64,000 nt of DNA, taken from positions 20,850 to 84,849 of the forward strand of contig JAODND010000091.1 in assembly GCA_025465465.1 (NCBI GenBank). The letters run 5' to 3'. The translations under genes were made by a program, and so were the position numbers. Source of the DNA: Frankiales bacterium (GTDB taxonomy: Bacteria; Actinomycetota; Actinomycetes; Mycobacteriales; SCTD01). The notes beneath the pieces were generated by a model. That model ran no database searches and was not told the DNA's origin. It was given only the letters and a program-made list of their open reading frames with translations. Of the stretch, positions 45,701-52,098 are shown one piece after another (within the stretch, counting starts at the first letter, position 1; each line of letters starts with the position of its first letter).

Positions 45701-46022
45701 CGCACTCGGCGTCGTCACCGCCGCCGCGCTGAAGGAGGTGGAGACCGGCACCCGCGTGCTCGTCGGCGGTGCGGTCGTGCACCGCCAGCGCCCAGCGACT
45801 GCGGGCGGAACGACCTTCGTCAACCTCGAAGACGAGACCGGCTTCGTGAACGTCATCTGCTCACGGACGCTCTGGGAGCGGCACCGACGGATCGCGCGCA
45901 CCGCCCCAGGGCTGCTGATCCGCGGCCGCGTCGAAAACGTGGAAAACGTCGTCAACGTCATTGCCGACAAGATCCAGCCCCTCCCCCTCGCCACCTCCAG
46001 CACCTCGCGTGACTTCCGTTGA
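42780..46022 (+). CDS. dnaE2: error-prone DNA polymerase III alpha subunit DnaE2
   Basis: 1080 aa with a PHP domain (YAELHCHSNFSFLDGAS), the polymerase core and a C-terminal OB-fold. It has the DnaE2-type N-terminus (PAMSWAELEQRLS). Confidence 0.95.
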   Translation: MSFNNNPAMSWAELEQRLSDGRPSNQPPRADGGDSPAWSRKRQPYEAMLHRTPGRVPYAELHCHSNFSFLDGASHPEELAEEAARLGLEAIALTDHDGFYGVVRFAEAAKAVGIPTIFGAELDLALPHTRQGPADPGGTHLLVLARDPEGYARLARAISLGQRRGEKGRPAYDLGHLADAHDGHWLVLTGCRKGLVPGSLPRDELGTLVDAFGADNVAVELWDHGRPDDSERNDSLAALAAVHGLPTVATNNVHYATPTRWKLATALAAVRARRSLDEIDGWLPAAPVAHLRSGAEQAQRFARWPGAVQRAAELGLACAFDLALVAPRLPKWDVPAGHTEATWLRHLTREGALVRYGPRRPESENAYRQIEKELDVIEQLDFPGYFLIVHDIMGFCEHADILCQGRGSAANSAVCYALGITQVDSVGLGLLFERFLSPYRDGPPDIDLDIESDRREEVIQYVYGKYGRDHTAQVANVISYRPKSAIRDIGRALGYAPGQLDAWTKQIEHWGPLPAEADTDTPDTLVTLAGELMGFPRHLGIHSGGMVICDRPVIEVCPVEWARMENRTVLQWDKDDCAATGLVKFDLLGLGMLSAIHVAFDLIEETTGERLRLATLPQEDPAVYDMLCAADTVGVFQVESRAQMATLPRLLPRCFSDIVVEVAIIRPGPIQGGSVHPYIRRRHGTEPETYLHPLLEPALKKTLGVPLFQEQLMQIAIDVAGFSPAEADQLRVAMGSKRSAERMERLHALLIEGMAAKGIDSDISEQIYDKMLAFANFGFPESHAVSFAYLVYASAWLKLRHPGPFLAALLNSQPMGFYSPQSLVADARRHGVTVRGPDINASRQMAHIETDGAVRLGLHSVRSIGDDLAAELTAGVPYTSIGDVSHRVALTAHQLEALATAGAFGCFGIPRRSALWTAGAAAGSGPNSLDGVLVGADAPHLPEMTDLEQAGADLWAMSMSPTFDPVRFSRSRLDALGVVTAAALKEVETGTRVLVGGAVVHRQRPATAGGTTFVNLEDETGFVNVICSRTLWERHRRIARTAPGLLIRGRVENVENVVNVIADKIQPLPLATSSTSRDFR

Positions 46023-46075
46023 CGGCGCTGCCTTGGTGAGCCCCTGGGAGGCGGACGCGCGGAAGGGCTGCGTCG

Positions 46076-46906
46076 TCACTGGTCGCCGAGATCGACGAGG
46101 TAGTGGCCAAAGCGAAGTTCGAATTCACGTCCAACTTCAGCGGCCCGTCGCCGCAGCCGGCCTCCGCGCTCTCGAAGAGAGGGCCACGAGAAGGCTGCGA
46201 GAAAGCTGTCCTGGGTCTCGATGAGGTCCTCGGCTCGAGGGAGAGTCCGCCGATTCACGAGACGTTTGGCCTCGGCGAGAGCAGCTTTGTCGAATGAGGC
46301 AATTCGACGAGCGAGTGCATCGACGAAGTCGTCCAGTTCATCGTCGGGCAGGGCACGGTTGATCCAGCCATATTGCGCCGCCGTCTCAGCATCGAAGTCG
46401 TCGCTCCCGAGGATGATCTCCAATGCCCGGGCCCGTCCCACGAGGAGCGGGAGTCGCTCGAGTGCACCGCCGCCGGGGAACATGCCTGCGCCGACCTCTG
46501 GTTGGCCGAACACGGCCTTCTCTCGGCTCGCGAATCGCAGGTCCAAGGCGAGGGCTGCCTCGCTTCCGCCTCCTCGGTTGCGGCCACGGATCTTGGCGAT
46601 CGTCACGACCGGTGTCGTCGCGAGGCGCACGGTTGTGTCGATGAACGTCGGGAGGCCCGTCGGACCTGGCGCGACGGGTGTCTCGGCAGCCCGCGAGACG
46701 TCATAGTGATTGATGAAGAAATCTGGATCAGCGCTCTCGATCACCACGACGCGCAGCGCATCGTCGATCTCAAACCGACTGACCAGCTCCTGGAGTTCGA
46801 GGATCGTGTCTGGGTCTTGGAGGTTGAGGGGAGGGTTGCTGAAGCTGACCTGCCAGTAGGCCGGCGTCACTTCGGTGATGGTGAACTGGGTCAGTTCGGT
46901 AGTCAT
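46076..46906 (-). CDS. enoyl-CoA hydratase/isomerase (crotonase) family protein
   Basis: 276 aa. WQVSFSNPPLNL...VVVIESADPDFFINHYD...GGGSEAALALDLRFAS is a crotonase-fold pattern. Confidence 0.85.
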   Translation of the reverse strand: MTTELTQFTITEVTPAYWQVSFSNPPLNLQDPDTILELQELVSRFEIDDALRVVVIESADPDFFINHYDVSRAAETPVAPGPTGLPTFIDTTVRLATTPVVTIAKIRGRNRGGGSEAALALDLRFASREKAVFGQPEVGAGMFPGGGALERLPLLVGRARALEIILGSDDFDAETAAQYGWINRALPDDELDDFVDALARRIASFDKAALAEAKRLVNRRTLPRAEDLIETQDSFLAAFSWPSLRERGGRLRRRAAEVGREFELRFGHYLVDLGDQ

Positions 46907-46996
46907 GCGTTCCCTTCCGATTCTGGGAATGTCAAAGCCGCGTGCTCTGCGGGACGCGGCAGGGCGTCGCGCGACGGACTCACCACGGCGCGCGCC

Positions 46997-47449
46997 TCAC
47001 GCCTGGTCGGCCTCCGCGCCCTTGGCGGCAGCTGCAGCGAGTTCCTTTCTCGCAGCCTGAACGATGTCCGGGCCCGTGTTCGCATGCCCGCCGATCCCCC
47101 ATCCCCCCTCCGGGGACTCGGTGATCAGGACCCACGTACGTTCGGCGAGAGTCGGGTCTCCGGCGGAGCTGGCAACGATGTCCGTCAGCTCTCGTACAAC
47201 TCCGAGTTGCTTCTCCCGATCCAGGACTCCAGCCGGGGTCAGAACCTGAACCCGTACATAGTTTTCGTCCCCATCCACGTTCGAGATCGAGCCGGCCGGA
47301 AGGTCGTGGACGAAGGCTGCGGTGTTGCTCCTGAACAGGGCCAGGTCAGGCACCTTCTCCCACCGCATGACGGCCGCGGCCAGGCTTCTGGCCAGATCGT
47401 GCTTGTTGGCAAAGGTCCCTTGGGCCGAATAGACGTCGATCATGGGCAC
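46997..47449 (-). CDS. tautomerase-superfamily protein (4-OT-like, Pro-1)
   Basis: 150 aa. The N-terminal MPMIDVY leaves a catalytic Pro after Met removal. The length fits the long tautomerase_3-type proteins. Confidence 0.65.
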   Translation of the reverse strand: MPMIDVYSAQGTFANKHDLARSLAAAVMRWEKVPDLALFRSNTAAFVHDLPAGSISNVDGDENYVRVQVLTPAGVLDREKQLGVVRELTDIVASSAGDPTLAERTWVLITESPEGGWGIGGHANTGPDIVQAARKELAAAAAKGAEADQA

Positions 47450-47554
47450 AGTGGGTCCTCCTGTAGCGCGCGTGGGTTGCCAGAAACGGTGGAGCTTTGC
47501 GGTTGGTCGCGTCGGGGCTCCGTCGCTCCGTCGACCGTTGCAAGATGATGCTCG

Positions 47555-47575
47555 TCATCCTCAGAATGAGGATGA
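47555..47575. promoter_or_regulatory. perfect 9-3-9 inverted repeat TCATCCTCA-GAA-TGAGGATGA (candidate TetR operator)
   Basis: Lies in the 170-bp divergent gap between the tautomerase (start 47449) and the TetR gene (start 47620). It is nested inside the outer arms CAAGAT/ATCTTG (47541-47546 and 47584-47589), which share the same centre. Confidence 0.5.
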
Positions 47576-47619
47576 TCGATGTAATCTTGTTCGTCAAGGG
47601 CACGTCAGAAGGAGGGCCA

Positions 47620-48201
47620 GTGGGCGCATCGAAAGCGGCGAAGGCAGCGACGCACGAGCGGATCCTCGACATCGCCGCGGCGCGGATCCGCAGCGACGGC
47701 ATCGAGGGCCTGGCCGTGGCGGACCTCATGAAGGAGGCCGGGCTGACACACGGTGGCTTCTACCGCCACTTCGACTCACAAGAGCAACTCGTCGCAGAAG
47801 CAGCACAGCGCGCCCTCGTCCAAGGCAGCGAATGGACCGTCGCAGCCGGACGGCACGGTGGTCGTCAGGGCTATGCCAACCTGGTCGACGCCTACCTCAG
47901 CGCAACGCATCGCGACCATCCTGAGTCCGGCTGCGGAATCGCCGGCATCGCAGCCGACGTCGCCCGTACGAGCGGACCGGCCCGCACCAGCTACACCCGG
48001 CAGGTCCGAGAATGCCTTCGCATCGTCGCCGATCTCCTCGGCGAACTGGACGAGGACGACGCTGAACGCGAGGCCGCCCTCACGGTCAGCGCCCTCGTCG
48101 GCGCCATCACCATCACCCGCGCGCTCGGCGACAGCGACATCTCCCGCCGACTGCTCACCGATGTCAGGGCCGCCCTCAAAGAGCGCCCTTCAAAGGACTG
48201 A
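47620..48201 (+). CDS. TetR/AcrR family transcriptional regulator
   Basis: The GTG at 47620 is preceded by GAAGGAGGG. The HTH reads ILDIAAARIRSDGIEGLAVADLMKEAGLTHGGFYRHF. Confidence 0.85.
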   Translation: MGASKAAKAATHERILDIAAARIRSDGIEGLAVADLMKEAGLTHGGFYRHFDSQEQLVAEAAQRALVQGSEWTVAAGRHGGRQGYANLVDAYLSATHRDHPESGCGIAGIAADVARTSGPARTSYTRQVRECLRIVADLLGELDEDDAEREAALTVSALVGAITITRALGDSDISRRLLTDVRAALKERPSKD

Positions 48202-48268
48202 GCCAGAAGCTCGCAGGGAGTGACTGCGTGGGTGACGTCACCGCGGCGTCGAGAGGCGGAAACCAGAC

Positions 48269-48496
48269 ATGACCCGCCGCACTACCCTTCCTGTCGTGGC
48301 CGCCACCATCACTCTGACCGCCGGCGGGATCCTCTCGGCCAACCAGGCCCAGTCGGTTGCCGCACACCCGACTCGATGCGTTCACGCCCCTTCGCGCAAA
48401 GCGGTGCTCGCGGCACTGACGCAAAGGTCCTTCGGGCTCGTCCCTGACGAAGCCCACCATGCCGCCAAGAGCAATGACACCGCGACCGGACAGTGA
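48269..48496 (+). CDS. small putative secreted protein (hypothetical)
   Basis: 75 aa with a signal-like N-terminus, MTRRTTLPVVAATITLTAGGILSANQAQS. Its stop overlaps the GTG of the epoxide hydrolase (GTGA). GC3 is only about 76%, lower than in neighbouring genes. Confidence 0.3.
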   Translation: MTRRTTLPVVAATITLTAGGILSANQAQSVAAHPTRCVHAPSRKAVLAALTQRSFGLVPDEAHHAAKSNDTATGQ

Positions 48497-49608
48497 CGAA
48501 CGAACTCGACGTCGCCGACTTCCAGATCGCTGTTCCTGACGCCGATCTGGACGATCTGCACCGACGCCTCAGCGCCACTCGTTGGCCACGCCGGTGGCCC
48601 GAACCACGCTGGGCTGCCGGCACCGACCAGGACATCCTTGAGCGCCTCGTCACCTACTGGCGGGACGGGTTCGACTGGCGCGCTCACGAGGCGCGCCTGA
48701 ACGCTGAGCCACAGAGGATGGCCGCCCTCAGCGGGCAAGGAGTCCACTTCGTCCACGTGCGAGCGGGAGCACCAACAGGGCTACCGGTCGTGACCACGAA
48801 CGGCTGGCCGAGCACCTTCGCCGAGATGATCCCGCTCGCCCATCGACTCGCCGACCTCGGCCATGACGTCGTCGTGCCGTCGTTGCCCGGGTTCACGTTC
48901 TCCGACCAGCAGGCCACGGCGCCCGGCGAGATCCCGACCTCCGAGCTGTGGCACCGCCTCATGACCGGCCTCGGTTACGACCGTTATGTCGCGCACGGCG
49001 GCGACCTCGGTGCCGGCATCACCTCGCGCTTGGGCGCTGCACATCCCGAAACTGTGGCCGGGATCCACCTCATGGCCGTGATGGGCGCAAACAGCCACGA
49101 CAACCTCACGGACGATGAAGTTGCCTACCTTGACGGAATGACCGAATGGGATGACGACGGCGGCGCCTACCAACACCAGCAGCAGACGCGACCCATGACG
49201 CTCGCCTATGGCCTCACCGACTCACCGGCGGGACTGTTGGCGTGGATCACCGAGAAGTACCGCGCCTGGAGCGACTGCGACGGCGACCTGGCCCGCCGCT
49301 GGAGCGACGACGACATCCTCGTGCAGGCGTCGCTCTACTGGTTCACCAACACGATCGGCACCTCGTTCCGCCCCTATTACGACTACCGCGCCCACCGCAA
49401 GCCCGAGAGCACAGTTGCGATGGGCGACGTGCCGACCGCGATCGCTGCCTTCCCACACGACATCGCAACGCCACCACGGGAGTACGCCGAGCGCACCTAC
49501 AACGTCGTGCAGTACACACGCTTCGACCGCGGTGGGCACTTCGCACCACACGAGGAGCCCGATCTCCTTGCAGCCGACATCCACGCATTTGCCGAGACAC
49601 TCGATTGA
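48493..49608 (+). CDS. epoxide hydrolase (alpha/beta hydrolase with EHN N-terminal domain)
   Basis: 371 aa. FQIAVPDADLDDLHRRLSATRWP...GVHFVHVRAG...TNGWPSTF is the microsomal-type EH N-domain plus core. Confidence 0.85.
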   Translation: MTNELDVADFQIAVPDADLDDLHRRLSATRWPRRWPEPRWAAGTDQDILERLVTYWRDGFDWRAHEARLNAEPQRMAALSGQGVHFVHVRAGAPTGLPVVTTNGWPSTFAEMIPLAHRLADLGHDVVVPSLPGFTFSDQQATAPGEIPTSELWHRLMTGLGYDRYVAHGGDLGAGITSRLGAAHPETVAGIHLMAVMGANSHDNLTDDEVAYLDGMTEWDDDGGAYQHQQQTRPMTLAYGLTDSPAGLLAWITEKYRAWSDCDGDLARRWSDDDILVQASLYWFTNTIGTSFRPYYDYRAHRKPESTVAMGDVPTAIAAFPHDIATPPREYAERTYNVVQYTRFDRGGHFAPHEEPDLLAADIHAFAETLD

Positions 49609-49674
49609 TCGTCTCGACCTCGCATCAGCGACGCGGTGACGAAGGTTTCGTGGGACGCCTGCTGACAGCAGTGC

Positions 49675-50877
49675 TCATCGGCTGGTCGAACCGAAGCAGG
49701 CCTGCCAGCCGCCGCTCTCGTACCGCGCTTTGGAGCAGTAGACCGCCTTCGGGTAGTACCGCCCCATCACGGACCGCGCCGACTGGCCGGGAGAGGTGAT
49801 GCGCTGCGCGGCGAAGCGGAAACCCGGGTTCGGCAGCATGTTGCGGAAGACGACCTGCGCCGTCGCCTGCGTACCGCCCCACGGCAGCCAGGTCACGCCG
49901 TGCGCGGCGTCGGCGTTGCTCGGCCGCTGACCTGGATCAGAGACGACGTAGGTATAGGCGCCATCGCGAAGGGACGAGGTGTAGTCGGCGGCGCAGCCGA
50001 AGCCCGCTTCGCCCTGGGAGTCGTAGACGCAGAACGACCAGTAGCGCAGCTGTGTGGCCTTGGACGGAGAGACGCCACGTCGGTTGTCTGGGAAGGTCGG
50101 GGCCGTCGCGTGGATGACCACGATGTCGCCGTACTGCCGGTCGATCTGCGCAGCCAGGTAGGCGTTCTGCTGGTTGCCCAGCGCGCTGCCGAACTGTCGT
50201 TCCCACACCGGCTTCGTCGCGTCGCCGCCGCTCTGCCGGAGGGCCGAGGGATAGTCCGACTCGGCTGCCACCGACCACAGTGCTGACCCGAACGGCGGCG
50301 GCGTGGTCGAGCACGACGTCTCGCGCACATCGGCACCGGAGACCGGGTGCAGCGTGATCTGCGGGAACGCAACGCCGCCCTGCGGGCTCGCTGGGTCGGT
50401 CGGCACATACACCCGGTAGACGAGCAGCGCGATCCCCGGCGCACCGACCGGGGCGTAGAGGGTGTTGATCGCGCGCTGCTTCGGCGCCGCGGCGAAGCGG
50501 ATCGTCAGGGAGTACGACCCGTGCCCGAGCCGTCCGTTGCCGGGCCGGAACGGGCTGGTGCTGCCCTTCGCCGGTGTGAGCTGGGCGTCGTAGAGCGAGT
50601 CGAGCGGCTGACCGGTGCGGTCGTAGACGTGGAAGGAGAAGTAGCGGGCAGACGGGTAGGTGCCGTCGAGCGTGACCGTCTCGCCGCTCGTCACCGCGAT
50701 CGGGTTCGCCCAGTAGTGGGCATCCAGGTCAGGGGCCCCGATGTTCACGTCCCTCTGGTCGGTCTCGCCGTACCAGGAGCAGGCCGGCGCCGGGATCGGC
50801 GCCGCACCAACGGCCGGGGCGACGAGTCCAGTGGTGAGGAGCAGACCGAGCAGCAGCATCAGGCGAGGCACACGCAT
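49675..50877 (-). CDS. secreted protein of unknown function with two DUF1254/DUF1214-like motif repeats
   Basis: 400 aa with signal peptide MRVPRLMLLLGLLLTTGLVAPAVGAAP. It has the repeated motifs ARYFSFHVYD and LRYWSFCVYD, and 8 cysteines. Confidence 0.75.
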   Translation of the reverse strand: MRVPRLMLLLGLLLTTGLVAPAVGAAPIPAPACSWYGETDQRDVNIGAPDLDAHYWANPIAVTSGETVTLDGTYPSARYFSFHVYDRTGQPLDSLYDAQLTPAKGSTSPFRPGNGRLGHGSYSLTIRFAAAPKQRAINTLYAPVGAPGIALLVYRVYVPTDPASPQGGVAFPQITLHPVSGADVRETSCSTTPPPFGSALWSVAAESDYPSALRQSGGDATKPVWERQFGSALGNQQNAYLAAQIDRQYGDIVVIHATAPTFPDNRRGVSPSKATQLRYWSFCVYDSQGEAGFGCAADYTSSLRDGAYTYVVSDPGQRPSNADAAHGVTWLPWGGTQATAQVVFRNMLPNPGFRFAAQRITSPGQSARSVMGRYYPKAVYCSKARYESGGWQACFGSTSR

Positions 50878-51033
50878 GACGCAGTCCTTCGCGGCGGCGA
50901 AGAGATTTCCTACCGAAGTAGTAGATTAAGGCCGGTGGTGCTGGTCACACCCCGCCTTTCGCCGAAGGCTCAAGGCTCTGAGCCCAGCCCTAGACTCGTC
51001 GTCGCCCAGCCCACCCGGCGAGAGGAGTTGGGG

Positions 51034-51897
51034 ATGACCGCCGAGGAGCCCCGGGGCTGTTGTGCCCCGACGCGCCCCGCGTCTGCGGGCAGGGTCACCA
51101 TGGCGACGGGCGGTCGAGCGCCAAGCCTCGTCGCTGTGCCCGCAGGATCGTTCGTCATGGGGTATGAGGGTCTGCTCGCCAACCCGGGCGAGGGCGAAGG
51201 GCCCGTCCGCAGCGTCGAACTGCCGTCCTACGAGGTCGGTGCGACCACGGTCACGAACCAGCAGTTCGCCGCGTTCGTGAAGGCCACGGGGCATGTCACC
51301 GCAGCCGAGCTCGACGGCTGGTCGTTCGTCTTCGCCGCCCTGGTGACCGATCCGGCCGCGGTGACGGGCCGGGTGGCCGGGGCGGAGTGGTGGTGCGCCG
51401 TGAGGGGGGCGAGCTGGCGCGCGCCGCACGGGCCGGGGTCGTCGTCCGTCCAGCTCGCGAACCACCCCGTCGTACACGTATCCGCCGAGGACGCCGAGGC
51501 GTACTGCACCTGGACCGGTACCCGGCTCCCGACCGAGAGCGAGTGGGAGCGCGCGGCGCGCGGCGGTCTCGAGGGGGCCGTGTACCCCTGGGGCGATGAG
51601 CTGCAGCCCGAGGGCCAGCCCCGCTGCAACATCTGGCAGGGCGCGTTCCCCCACCAGCACACCGGAGCGGTCGGGACGGCACGAGTGAAGAGCTACCGCC
51701 CGAACGGCTTCGGTCTGTGGCAGTGCGTGGGCAACGTGTGGGAGTGGACCGCGTCGGAGCAGGACGGCAAGCGGGTACGCAGGGGCGGGTCCTACCTGTG
51801 TCACGACTCCTACTGCAACCGCTATCGCGTCGCCGCCCGCGACAGCAGCCTCGCTGGCGACTCCACCGGCAACATCGGCTTCCGTGTGGCGCGCTGA
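51034..51897 (+). CDS. formylglycine-generating enzyme (FGE/SUMF1 family)
   Basis: The ATG at 51034 is preceded by GAGAGGAG. It has VTNQQFAAFVKATGHVT, HPVVHVS, RLPTESEWERAARGG, NIWQGAFP and the active-site GGSYLCHDSYCNRYR. The upstream 229 codons of ORF 50347..51897 were dropped. Confidence 0.9.
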   Translation: MTAEEPRGCCAPTRPASAGRVTMATGGRAPSLVAVPAGSFVMGYEGLLANPGEGEGPVRSVELPSYEVGATTVTNQQFAAFVKATGHVTAAELDGWSFVFAALVTDPAAVTGRVAGAEWWCAVRGASWRAPHGPGSSSVQLANHPVVHVSAEDAEAYCTWTGTRLPTESEWERAARGGLEGAVYPWGDELQPEGQPRCNIWQGAFPHQHTGAVGTARVKSYRPNGFGLWQCVGNVWEWTASEQDGKRVRRGGSYLCHDSYCNRYRVAARDSSLAGDSTGNIGFRVAR

Positions 51898-51993
51898 ACA
51901 GCAGCCAGACCGCATCTTCCGGCTCGGTTTGATCGCTCAACAGACTAAATCGGTAGGGTTTGTCGCCTACTCCCAGCCAGAAGGACCTTTCAC

Positions 51994-52098
51994 GTGCTCT
52001 CCCGCCGCCGCCTGCTGCAGGCGACCGCTCTCGCCGCCGCCGGATGCCTCGGCGCTGTCCCCACCACCCTGATCGCCTCGCACGTGGACCCGACATGA
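51994..52098 (+). CDS. 34-aa upstream ORF encoding only a Tat/lipoprotein-like signal peptide
   Basis: Not in the ORF track. My translation gives VLSRRRLLQATALAAAGCLGAVPTTLIASHVDPT. The GTG is preceded by AGAAGGA 8 nt upstream. The TGA overlaps the ATG of the next gene (ATGA). Confidence 0.3.
   Translation: MLSRRRLLQATALAAAGCLGAVPTTLIASHVDPT

Noticed and set aside
50347-51033. First 229 codons of the 516-aa ORF 50347..51897
   Set aside because: They are antisense to the well-supported secreted-protein gene. The FGE homology starts only after the ATG at 51034, which has a strong Shine-Dalgarno sequence.
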